A DNA stretch of 64,000 nt, taken from NCBI RefSeq assembly GCF_026210795.1, contig NC_089436.1, forward strand, positions 2,232,001 through 2,296,000, read 5' to 3'. Position 1 is the first letter of the stretch. Each line of letters opens with the position of its first letter. A program made the position numbers and the translations under genes. Shown here one piece after another: positions 51,985 to 64,000 of the stretch. Source of the stretch: Rhizophagus irregularis. Lineage: Eukaryota. Under the pieces are notes generated by a model. The model was not told where the DNA came from. It saw only the letters and a program-made list of their open reading frames with translations, and ran no database searches.

Positions 51985-52140
51985 CCTGGCCTCTTCCAAA
52001 ATCTTGTTCTAAATTCATAATAATATTTTTGGCCAGTACTCATTCACAGCTACTGCCAAATGTGGCAAAAAACTGGCTTTCTGTACAAGTTACAGCAACA
52101 GCTTTTGATCTGGTTTTGGTGAAGTGATGAATTTGAAAAA
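51985..52140 (-). pseudogene. Remnant of a second trihelix Myb/SANT gene
   Basis: STGQKYYYEFRTRFWKRP|gt aligns with exon 2 of the 54563 gene (RAGAIYFEVMNTRFWEKP|gt), with the same splice position. Confidence 0.55.
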
Positions 52141-53699
52141 AAACCAATATTTTTTTGAATTCATTTATAAACATTTTTGGGAGTTTATACAAATCTTTAC
52201 AAAAAATATTATATATACGTATTATTGTATTACGCTAATTTAAACCTTTACATGTAAAACATTGGAAGATATCAACACTACTTAGATTTGTTGGTAAAAT
52301 TGGAGTAGACAGTAAAATAATAGATATTATATGAGAAAAATTTCAAATAATAAAAAAAACCAAATAAGAAATATACACAAAATATTAAAGATAATTTCTT
52401 TTTTTTTAAATATAATTAAAAAAAAACTTACTAAATACTCGGCTTAATATTTAACCAAATGGTTTGTTTCTCTATAGGAGAAATAGGTTTTTTATAAGAA
52501 ATTTTTATATCTTAATAATATATATATATTTATACAATAATATCATTTTGATATTTTTTTGTAAAAATATTATCAATAATACCGGTTGAAGAATATTGTT
52601 AATATTGGTCATGAATCGTCACACTATTGACCAACGGTAACGAAGAATCGGCTGATCGGACTAGTCAATTATGGTTTGTGTGCCAAATGATAATCTTTTT
52701 TAACTTTTTTCTTTTTTACTTCTTTTTTTTTGTAGATATCGGCTTTTTGGATTGGTAATTTGAACGACCAGGCTCTTAAACGAACGAACCAAAATAAAGT
52801 TCGTTCTTTTTCTTTGTTTTTACTTCCAGGGAACGTAATTAACGTTCCCTTTTCTTTTTTAGTGACCTGGACGAACGAACAAGCCGAACACCCAGGAACT
52901 TGAACGAAACAAAGGTATGTTTCGTTCTTTTTTAGTTTTTACTTCAAGGGAACGTAATTAACGTTCCCTTTTCTTTTTTTAGCGATCTGGACGAACGAAC
53001 AAAAAAATTGGTGTATGGCAGTCTGCCAGATGATCAGTAATTGAAAGGGACCAATAAATTAATTAGCATAACGAAAACAATTTTTAAGAGCATTGGATAT
53101 CATTTAAGGATCTTATAGAAAAGGCTTTAATTTTTAGCGGCGCTGAAAATTTTGATGATAGTCATGTATCAATTATTAAGTATTATTTGATTCTTGCATC
53201 AAATCATACTAATTTTATATAATTACAGAGATTTGTTGGGAAGATTTTGAAGCTCCGGAATGGTGCGTACCTATTAAAGCTAATGTATTAACATTTGAAT
53301 GGGACGTAAGTACCAAAATACAAGATATTCAAAATTTTAGAATTACCACAAATATTTTTTGCTTGTAATTCTTATCAAAGTTACAGTTGCTAATAGAGCT
53401 CAAATTATTAATAATTATACATTTTAAAAATATTCCGCATTAAGTTTAGCATTATTTGAAGACTTTTTTATTTGGTAATACCCTCCCCTTAACTTTTCCT
53501 CGCCACTTTCATAAACGATAATAAACGATTGTGAACAATAATAAGTGATATGATAGATTGAGGGTTGATCGGGTGGTGTGTGTATTAGTGATATTATAAT
53601 CAATGGTGTATAACAAAAAGCTAACAAATGATAATAAAATGATAATGATAATAAATGATAATAAACAATTGTGAAAAAATGATAGAAAATAAAAACTCA

Positions 53700-54563
53700 T
53701 TCATTATTATCATCATCGACTAAAAAAGGAAAAGAAATTAATAAATTTTGTATTTACGACTAAAAAAGAAAAAAAAATTAATAAATTTTGTACTTACCAT
53801 TTCGATCTTCTGTATTTTGAGTATTCGTATTCGTATTTTGAGTATTCCGGCTCCCACGTGCTATAAAATATTAAGAAAATCAATAAAAATTTATAATTTG
53901 ATTAAACTTTTATACTTTACATACCATTCCTTCTATTGTTTCGTCTGTGTTGAGTTTTATTAACACCAATTGAAGCCTGTACAAACTGATCGTCTAGAAA
54001 CATATTAAATCATATTAAATAAAACAATTTACCTCTTTAATATAATCATTTTGTTGATTATGTAATGTTGTTAGATTTAAAAGTTCTTACCTGGTTTTTC
54101 CCAAAACCGTGTATTCATGACTTCAAAATAAATGGCACCAGCACGGCTTCTTGCCCCTCTCGGATCGTTTGCAATCACTAATAATTGATCCTAAAGTATT
54201 AAGTGTTAAATAAGTATTAAAATTACTATTACAACAAATTTTTATTAATATTTAACTCACGTGATAACTGGTCACTAATCCATTGAATTTTGTTTGGCAC
54301 TGTTTGCCCGAATAATTGCTTCCACACCTCTCATTTACTTTATTCGCAACGGAATTCCAGAATCTTTTTCTACTTCTTCCTGCAATTTGATAATGGTACT
54401 CGAAGTTTCTTGATCTCCGCTGCTCAATCAAAACTGCGATTTGGTCATCCGACCACTCCACCCGGCCGGAAGAATAAGTTATAGTGTCGAAAATGGAGGT
54501 AGTATTGACATTGATGGTATTGGTATCATTGACGGTGGTTGAATCAGTTGAAGATGAGGACAT
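53700..54563 (-). CDS. Trihelix Myb/SANT-like DNA-binding protein (~5 exons) inside the CACTA element
   Basis: WSDDQIAVLIEQR...FWNSVANKVN...SGKQCQTKFNGL; exons ~54563-54261, 54190-54091, 53994-53924, 53860-53798; last exon uncertain. Confidence 0.82.
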
Positions 54564-55276
54564 TGTTTGAAATTTTGTTAAAAAATTGTTTAGAATATTT
54601 GGAAACATATTTGATAAAAAAAAATATGTATTGATTATAAAAAAAAATATGTATTGATTATTAATTAGTATTGATTATCAAAAAAATGCGAGAAAGTTCT
54701 TGTAACAATTCTAATTATGCCATTCAATTATCATGATATTACATCATTTCATTTTTTAATTATTAGTACAATTTTTAATGTAACACCATTTCAAAATGAT
54801 TTTGTTGATTCATGATATTATATCATAAAATTCACAAAACAGAGAATTCGTAAAACTCCGTCTCTTGTCCATTAAAAGTGATTAAAATGTCGATCTTCCA
54901 TTGTTTTCCATCGTACAAAAAAAAAAATTAGCCATTAAAAGTGATTAAAAATTTTGTAAATTAGGTCCGGTATTATTCTTACGTAAAAATTAACATTTAT
55001 TTATTACGACTTACTAATGCGAAAAAAAATTAATTAATTTTATTAATTTTACATCTTGGATTGATTTAATGTTAATTTTCAAAAGTTGAATTAATGTTGA
55101 GCGCGTTAAACGAATTCGTTGAGCAAAAATTATGCTTATGTAATACGCGATTAATAATTTTTCATTTGATGAAAGTCACGAGACATACTATCTTCTTGCT
55201 TATATTATACACGATTATCACTAAGCTTGAAATGGAAATCAAATGTGTCATCATTTTCTTTATTTGGTGTGGCATA

Positions 55277-58200
55277 CTACAAGTTAAATCTTCTATTCAA
55301 AGGTATAATCGACAAATATTTTTGTTTTCCTACCGTAATATTTCTAAATTTTGTAGCTCGACATAATATCCTATGAACCGCTAACAGGGAATCACAACCT
55401 TCTTGAAAGTATTCAGCTTTCCATAATTCGGTATTTGATATTTCTGGCTCCATAAAACTATGTTTAAACCGAATACTAAAAGAAGGTGCAGGTTTATACC
55501 ACTTGACATATGCTAGGAGGTGAGTTTTCGTTCCTTCTGGAAATCTAAGGGCATGCTCGAAATAATATTGGACTTCACCCGGATAAGTGTCAACTGAATC
55601 ATCATTAGCTGCTTTCCATTTTGCAAATATATTCGCATTTTTTTCATGGCGACCAGAAATCATAGATCCAAATATTTCGGCGCCAATTTGTAGTCTTGCA
55701 TGCTGATTCATATGCAAATCCATAAATCCTAACACATCTTCTTTTTCCTTTTCATATAATATTGCATACCATTCACATAGAAATCCTCGCAACTCCAAAG
55801 GCATAACGACATTGATATATGATGGGTTAAGCATTTGGCCAGGTAATGGTTCAGTGCCATATATTTTGGAAACCATAGACGTATTATGTCTCATGAATAG
55901 AAAATGCTGCAGTTCCTCCCTTTCTGCTGTGATTGCTAAACTTCCTACAGCTTTTTTTGGTACAAGAAGATGGAGAGATTCATCTAGAAGGCCAGATGTC
56001 CATTTACATGATAAGTGATAATCCACCAAAGTGTTTTTTAAGAACAATTTTCATTAATTCGGGTTCTATTTGTCGGTTACTATTAGGATATGATCCTAAA
56101 TAACAGGAATTTTTTTAATAAAGGTACTAAAGACAATTGAAAGACACTGAAGTAAATTTACCTATATATCCATTAAGTCTTTCAAACGGGAAAAGCCAAA
56201 AACTATATATAGGACCATAATCACGACAGCAATCAGGGATATGAAGTGCGAGATGTATATTGCTTGTTATAAATTCTGGTCCATATGTATATTCTATAAG
56301 GTAGGCCATATCTTTTAACCTCTCTTGCGCCTCCTTCAAATCATCATCTGTAATAAATCTTGCTACTAAAAGATTACAAGCTCGAACAAAATGCCCTAAG
56401 ATCTTTCTATCATTATCATCTAGCATATCCCATAATATAGATGTAGAATAAATCATAATAAAGGTCTTCCATTGATCAGCAGTTAAGTTAGAAAACCCAT
56501 CATTTCCGATTGCAATCTTTGGAGGAATTCTACCAATGTCAGAAGGTAAATCAATATTATCCATTCTGTTTTGTGCTACACGAAGTTGTTCCATAGTTAA
56601 TTTTTTTTGGTTTACAAAAATGGATTTGATTATCCATTTTGCAACACCGAGAAAAAGACAATGCATAGGATCCACTACAGCAAATCGTATAGGATCCATG
56701 TATGGTAGGCGAAGCACTTCAGTCCATCTTATACCATGTACTTTAAAATGTGCTTCTCTGGAGGACTTTGAGTTACATTGCAACCATTCATGAGCATATT
56801 GTCTATGTAATAAAAGATCTGCAGGCTTTGTTACCCATTCATTATAGTCTTGCATTCCTCCGTAATGAGTTTTTCTAAATTCCTCGCTATAAGTGGTACG
56901 TTTATCACACCTATAGCATTTCATTACTGCAGATCCATGACCAAATAACTTTCGTGTAGCTGGAGTATCAGATGATCCAACAATTAACGCAACTTTTATT
57001 TCTAAACCATTGGAAAATTGGTGAGTTTTTGGTACTTTCCACCCCTTCCAAAGTTCTAATAACTCATCTACAATAGGAGCTAGATAATGATTAATGCGTT
57101 CCAACCCTGCCTCTTTTGGTCCTGGTAAGAAACCCAAATATATAATATTTTCGGGCTTATTCCTTTCTGACCTTGGAAGATTGCAAATAGACGCATAAAT
57201 AGCGCCAGTACTATGCTGCGTGTAGGAGAATGGTTGGAACCAATCAAGATTAAGGAGAAGACCTAGATGGGTTGTGGCAGTCTCTGTTGTAAAAAAGGTA
57301 CTACCATCAAATGGAAAATTTTTCCATACCTTACCATCGTAAATATCTGAATAGATATTATTTTCGTTTCTTTGAGTCCCTGATAATTTTAACATGTTCT
57401 CAAAATCTGGTCGTTAATATAAAATGCTCAATTGCTGACGAATGTTTGGCTTAGGATAAACCATGCGAGGTACCACAATTGTTGCATCTTTATTTTTTTT
57501 GAGAATGGAAAGTGGATTATTGCATTGGTGATTACGACTTGATATTGGATTATTTGGATACTCTTTATACGGGCAATTCATTATAGCAACTTTTCCTTCT
57601 TCCTTATATGCAATAATATCTTTAACATTATGCAATTTATGGCAATCGGTACATGCAGCTAATTGCATTTTCGGTTGAAAAATGTTTAACCATATTTTTG
57701 CCATATATAATGAGGTAGGAAAATTTTCAAATTGCAACTTATCAAAGCGCATAAGAATTATATGAAAAAATTTTATTAAGGATTCAAGTGCAATATCAGG
57801 CAATCGAAATCTTTGTTGAAATTTAAATAGCCATATTATAATCTCAGTATTAATAGAATCACTTAAGCTTTCCACTATAAATGCTTCTTCATTGTCATTG
57901 TCAATCTTAGGAGATGCGAAAAAATCTTCTACATCATCATTCTCCTCTCCTTCATCCACATCATCATTCTCTTCCTCATCCATATTATCTACATCATCAT
58001 TCTCCTCTCCTTCATTCACATCATCATTCTCTTCCTCATCCATATTATTTACATCATCATTCTCCTCTCCCTCATCCACATCATCATTCTCTTCCTCATC
58101 CATATTATTTACATCATCATTCTCTTCCCCCTCATTTATATTATCTACATTATAATTCTCACCAAAATAATTGATTTCATCATTATTTTCATCAATTGTA

Positions 58201-58658
58201 GGTGCTGGAATACGAAAACATGAAGGTTTTGATGAAAATAATGTTATATTTTCTTCAATATATTGGAAAGAAGGACCAGGATGGGAAGAGTCCTGATCTG
58301 GACTAGATGTACCGGAGTAATTATTTCTTTCTCGCTTTTTTGATATATTCAATTTTATTTCTGTATTTATATATGTATTATTAACAGATGATGTTTTTTT
58401 CTTTCTTATCATGATGGTATTTTCCTGATTTTTTCTAGAATCTTTTGATCTCGATTCCCACAAACTATCATCATACGTATGTTTCTCTTGAGTGCGAGAA
58501 TCAACTTCTGCACCTTTGCAACGAGCACAATTGCAAATATACAAATACTTTTTTTTGGGCTTTATTAAATCAGCCACAAAGGTTTCAGAGGTTTCAACTT
58601 TACGTTTTTTATTACTCTTTATTAATCCAGATACAGAGTTACATTTTTTATTATTCAT
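55277..58658 (-). pseudogene. CACTA/EnSpm Tnp2-family transposase (~1100 aa), one intron, one premature stop and one frameshift
   Basis: YSDIYDGKVW, LNLDWFQPF, DPMHCLFLG and GPIYSFWLFPFERLNG motifs; intron 56161-56096; TAA at 57414-57416; extra base in the run at 56034-56039. Confidence 0.92.
57925..58150 (-). repeat. 60-nt coding tandem repeat (acidic DEEENDDV/EGEENDDV units)
   Basis: acatcatcattctc... with a 60-bp period, about 4 units. Confidence 0.9.
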
Positions 58659-58972
58659 TTTTATTAAAATGTATAAAATATATTTTTTATTCTATCACTT
58701 TTAATAGTTAGTAATCAAGACGTTCAGAAACGAGCTTTTAATAATTCTTATCATACATAAGAATTGCACAAGAATTTTATGAGCGCGTTACTTTTACCTG
58801 GTGAGAATTGCGCAAACGCGTTGCTACCTCTGAGCCCTTGATCTGCATCCTGAAATCTCTGAAATCATTATAAATTTGCACACAAACAACTTTTCTCGCG
58901 TTCTGAAATCTCTACTTTATACGGGATTTTTTTATTTTACAAAATAACAAAAAGATTTTATACTTCGTAACA

Positions 58973-60156
58973 ATGAATAGTGATAATGTATCATCTAGTG
59001 ATGAATCATCCTCCTCCTCCTCCTCCTCCTCCTCCTCCTCTTCTTCTTCTTCCTTTTCTAAAAGTTCTTATAACACGATAAAAGCAAGTATTTGATTATT
59101 TTATATATTATTTCTGCTTTTATCCTATTTACATTTATCTATTATTTTACAGAAAGAAGTGTTTATTTGGAGCGACTCCGAGCTAAAAGACGTATACAGT
59201 ATTAACTATGAGCTCACATGGGCTGAGCAAAAAGATAACATAGTCACCAAGTTGCTTCCACCACTTTACAAACTCGTAAATAAAAAATATAAAGTCTCAA
59301 ATAGTGATTTATTAAAGATGTTATATGGACGTTGGCGATCTCGCCATCGCGTTAGTAATATTAGAAAGCAAGGGGAAGCCCAAATAAAACGTAACAAAAG
59401 AAGAGCAATGAAGAATTCAAGGATGCAGGATGTAAATTATTTAATTAACAGAAGCTATTAAATTTAGTTTTTTTTTTAAATTAATTATATTGTGCTTTAT
59501 AATTAACATTGTTAGAAAAAAAAAAGAAGAACAAACGCGGCCAATTACCTAATACAAAACAAAGATAAGTACATTTGCCGATATCCTGAAAAGGATCTAG
59601 TTCAAATTTTAAAAGATTCAGGCTACCATTCCGAAGAATGGGAGGAAACCGACGAAGATGATGAAGATGATGAAAATGATGAAGAAGAAGTAGTCACAAA
59701 AAAAAATTCGATATATATTTATGAAAGATGGTGGAGATCTCCTGCTGTATGTATATTTTATTATTTTTTATCAAAGTATAAACACTAATTTATAGTTTAA
59801 TTTCTTTATTTAAGCTTCAACGTTTATTACATAATCGTATTGATCCAACGGTAGAGTTATTAAGGAAAAAACCACCAAACTTAAAATGTAAAAGAGTTCT
59901 AGACAAAACAGAAACAGTTAGTGTGCCACCTGCCGGCGCACCAAGCTGGTGTTTGAATAGAGAAGCACTTGAAAAATTCAACCGTTTAACCAAAAATATC
60001 CCGGTTTATGATTATGATACTGATGAAAGCATCATTCAAGACAACAATGGTGCCGATGATGATGTTGATAATAACGTCGTAAATAACAAAAATAACAACA
60101 AAAGGAAAAAAAAGAAAAATAAATCTAAATCAAAAAATAAAAAATCAAAAAAATAA
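58973..60156 (+). CDS. CACTA accessory (TnpA-like) protein, 4 exons, divergent from the transposase
   Basis: Exons ~58973-59083, 59153-59431, 59516-59746 and 59815-60156 splice in frame; YHSEE, WWRS and PPAGAPSWCL motifs; basic tail. Confidence 0.75.
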
Positions 60157-60515
60157 ATTTTACAATTATTACACTTTTGCCTAAATAGGTTTATCGTCAA
60201 AAATACTAATCAGACTTTAATAAAAATCAGAATTCAAACATTTTCATTTAATTTTTTTAAAAATTGATTGATTAAATTAAAAATATCATGGTTTGATAAA
60301 GCTATAGATTACAGTTTATTTTTATTAATAAACAAGTTACGGTATTGATTACTTTATTACAGTAACAATTTAATTACGGATAAGGTATTTAATAAGATAT
60401 CAAAAACTGATTAATAAAATTTTCTATATTAACATACGATAAATTAGATTAATAAGCTAAATACGATAATATTATTTTTTCAAAAAAATTAAAATGAAAA
60501 TATACACAAATTTTT

Positions 60516-62154
60516 GTTTTTGGTATGTAAGTCAAATTAAATTACTATATGCTTAAATCATAACTCATAACCCAAAGTTGAGGATTAACCGGGTACCTTG
60601 CTTTAGATTCAGCGACACTTCCCAAGTCAGATGAGGTGCCACAGGTACGCTTTAAGAAAACTCGCTATGATAATAAGGATAAGTATATTCGAAAATACCA
60701 GATATGAATAAACATAGGATACGATGAATAATCTCAAATAGAAAAATAAAAAATAAAAAAATAAAATAAAATAAAATAAAAATATAAAAAATAAAATAAA
60801 ATAAAAAAAATATTTTCAATTAGACAAAGCATCCTCGTTCCTTCCTGGAATTCTCATTTGACTAAATTATTATTGTTTGTAATTTGATCCATTTGAATCC
60901 ACCATAAATTGCCAGACAGGGCGAACCCTTATTAGACAATTATAGCTTCATCACCAAATGGCTGCGATGTGTTTAATGATATGGCAACCTGTTTAATTCA
61001 TTTTTAAATGAGCAAACGTGGCCATAAAACTCATTAAAAAGGTAGGCTACAGAGTGCAATGCAACCTACCTAACCTAACAAGTAGGTCTAAGGGTTAGGG
61101 AATAAAATACACCCTAAACCCATGCAGTTGGTATGGAAATAAAAGTTTACAAACGGAAGTTTCAGACTGTGCCTGACGACAAAATGGGTGAGGTGCAATC
61201 AGGACTTTTTCCTCTAATCCAGCCCGGAATTATAGAGGCAACATTGTTATCGTACAAAGCACATCGACGAAAACGTCTCTCAAAGAAATTAATCAATAAA
61301 GAGTATACTTGGGCAATAGCCGATCTTCATCGTCACCCTATAAACTCCAAAAGGACAGGGATCAGCGCAGGCATTTTGGCTTACGTATCTCTTTAAAGAT
61401 TAATTAAATTGAAAGATAGGATCCAAATTCAATATGACTGAATCGATCGCCTCCGGTTATCAAACTTCCATCAGAAGTGATCGCTAGAATCAAAGATACC
61501 AATAATCACCCTTATCAGTAACGATCGAACTAAAGATGTTAGAGAAATAAAATCCGTCATTTATATGGAATTAGTTTGTATTACAATTTTATTACGATTT
61601 GGGTAAAAAAAATATCTCCTTAAAATTTATTTTTTTTCAGGTATCCTGGCTATATGGAAAGATTCCTAATATGGTAATAGTACAATACACCTTATACGCC
61701 ATTTTGCAAATTCAGTGTAATAGTTTACAAAGAAAAAAAGGGGAACGTATTTATTTTTTTGCCATGAGAAATTTAATTACAATAAGTGGATTTCAGAAAA
61801 TCGCGGTAATTTGAATAATTTGTATATGCTTTTGATAACGGGTTTGAAGTTTAGGTATTCTCTGGCCGCACTCTTGTATTACTATGATCACTGAGAGTTG
61901 GCTTATATAATAATCTTATCATTCAATATTTCCTAAAAAAGTAAATAAACATCATCTATTTATAAGTATTCATGATTTGGAAAAACTCCGTATGAAGTTG
62001 TGAAGATAAATGATACTTGGATCAAGCACTCCATAGCAATTATCTTTTTTCGTACACTGTATTACATTTTTACAAAGTACAAAGCGTACAAAGCCAATAC
62101 CAAATAGACAGAAATCAGTAGCTGTTTTCTATACTACGATAATATTAAATAAAC
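60516..62154 (-). mobile_element. Non-coding retroposed insert (SINE-like or LINE 3' region) inside the CACTA element
   Basis: TSD-like ACACAAATTTTT at 60504-60515 and 62155-62166; minus-strand 3' end cttacataccaaaaacaaaaa. Confidence 0.55.
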
Positions 62155-62541
62155 ACACAAATTTTTTTAAAGATCGTACAAATATCGGTGACCGATATAT
62201 ATTAGATAACGGATCGGTGACTAATAGTTTGGATATCGGACACTTGGTAATTTACATTTTTTTAACCATATTTGAAATTTGCGCATTATGTGACAAATCG
62301 GGTACCCGATATGTTGTTAATATGTAAAAATGCCCGATATGTACCTAATTAGTCACCGATATATAGGTACCCGATATGTGTGAGATAGATCGTTTTTTGA
62401 CCTGTGTATGTTTGTCTATAGTAAAATATCATCAGACTCTCTCCTGAATTTTTCAAAAATGAAAATTTCCGACAAAAATATTTTTTTTATTATTTTTAAA
62501 CTACTAATAAAATTTATATTCCCAACCCAAAGTCCTCTAAT

Positions 62542-64000
62542 ATGTCTGGTAACTATGCCAAGAGAGGCCGTGGAAGTTATAACCCTAACAGTAGAAAAGT
62601 TTTCTGTCAAGAATGAAAAAATAATAATAACTCTGATAACTCAAGCTCCGATGGTGAAAACACTGTCCAGCAAAAACATAATCGTACGATTACCAAAAAT
62701 TCTATGGATGAAGATTACATTGCCAACGTCCAGGCGGCTGATGTTGGAACCTCCTCCCCAAAAAAATCTGCTGTGCCAACTGCGTCCAGTCATGTCACGT
62801 CTTCTGGAAATGTGGACGCGTCTATGCAGATCTAGTGGTGACTCTCGCCATAACCAGAGATGATTTTTAGGCTGCGGCTATGCCAAATGCTGCCAAATAA
62901 TTTACTACTAATAAGGCTCTTATCGAGGCTGTTAATAATCTTTTTTAGAAACCTATGAGTCATACACTGGCAAAGCGCGTATGACTGGTTCTGGCCTTGT
63001 TATTCATTTCCATACAGCTGAAGCACGTGATATATGCGTTAGTTCCACCCATTCTGAGTTCCCTGATCTAATATTCCATGCACATGATCCTCGCCAACTC
63101 CAATCTAATGAAGATCTCTGAGCTATCCAAGTTACCGATATTCCGTTCTTTATTAAAAAAGACAACCTGATGGCTTATTTCAAGAAATTTGGAAATATTA
63201 CCTCCTGCTGCCTTTTTCTAGACCCAATGCAAAAGTACAGCAAACCCACATTGTATATGACAATGCTGATTCAATTGCCCGTTTTACTGATCAATAGGCC
63301 ATTTACTGTTTCTCCACCTGTCTCTGTATCACTCTGTGCTATTATTCCGTGAACCAAAGGCTGCGCGCCATCAATTTGTTGCCACCCTCACTCTAACGTT
63401 GAAGATATTAACCTTGCTCCCCTTACCCGTGAACTTGGCGCTAAAGCTGTCAACGTTTCGCTTTTCCTGAATTTCTACAAACCCAAACGATGGGCATATG
63501 TCACCTTCAATTCTTAGGAAACCATGGATGCTGCTATGAAACAAACTGTCAGCTTCCAAGGCAAGGTGCTTTTCTGGTCTTCCCCAGATAATTCTAACAA
63601 ACTTTGTCACAGATGTGGTAAACTAGGCTGTGCTCTGAATTTTTGTCCACTCAAGCTAACCAGAGGACGTACTTGTACTCGAGATCCAGTGGAAAAACTC
63701 AAAGAACGCTTTAATGTCAATCAACCTCATCACTCTAACTCCAATGTCAACACACGTCCTCGCTCCTGATCTCACTCAAAATCTAGAGATCATTCATCCT
63801 CTACTTCAAGACGTGATAATAACACTACAAATAGACATAATAATAATAATAATAATCATACCAATTCCAATCCCGCTTCTTCCCAACATGCTCGTCACAA
63901 CAGTAAAGAATGTTCGGTCTCTTTTTCCTCCTCTTCTCGTTCTACAGCACGTCCTTTGCCTCACCAAACCCTTAATTCTGCGTTATCTCTTGAAGATGCT
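62542..64000 (+). pseudogene. LINE ORF1 (RRM-like regions and Cys knuckle), frameshifted, runs past the window end
   Basis: MSGNYAKRGRGS; AIQVTDIPFF; YKPKRWAYVTF; LCHRCGKLGC. Confidence 0.8.

Larger units (their letters stand above)
49239..62406. mobile_element. 13.2-kb CACTA/EnSpm (CMC) transposon
   Basis: CACAGGTCAAAA...TTTTGACCTGTG termini; 3-bp TSD TAT; ATATCGGGTAC subterminal repeats at 49260-49560 and 62180-62380; encodes a Tnp2-type transposase. Confidence 0.92.

Noticed and set aside
57892..58174. Ser-rich and His-rich plus-strand ORFs
   Set aside because: Antisense shadows of the acidic repeat in the transposase.
61170..61285. CTGACGA...CGAAAACGTC hammerhead candidate
   Set aside because: No stem I complement after the putative cleavage site, and stem II is implausibly long.
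62408..62863. 151-aa ORF as a host gene
   Set aside because: It is out of frame with the LINE ORF1 that starts at 62542.

Overview
Very AT-rich eukaryotic DNA with short spliceosomal introns. It looks fungal, most likely an arbuscular-mycorrhizal Glomeromycotina such as a Rhizophagus relative; this is inferred from composition, gene style and repeat content. A compact gene island at ~22.1-30.3 kb holds TOM70, a PWWP + TFIIS-N/LEDGF-IBD-like chromatin protein, an intronless membrane protein and two pseudogenes. The rest is deeply nested, C>T-decayed transposon sequence, and many boundaries can be fixed by TIRs and TSDs. Main elements: a 13.2-kb CACTA/EnSpm-type element (49239-62406; Tnp2-family transposase with a stop and a frameshift, a divergent accessory gene, a trihelix Myb/SANT gene), several LINE remnants, a complete 1.85-kb ORF1-only retroposon with a 5'-truncated inverted sister copy, and many MITEs with TA, 6-, 8- and 9-bp TSDs. 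Most unusual signals: (i) a ~97-bp module (23-bp palindromic core with 10-bp boxes 26-27 bp away) shared by unrelated MITE families; (ii) tandem micro-exon/intron arrays in transposon DNA; (iii) the ORF1-only retroposon. All coordinates were read by eye and no searches were run.
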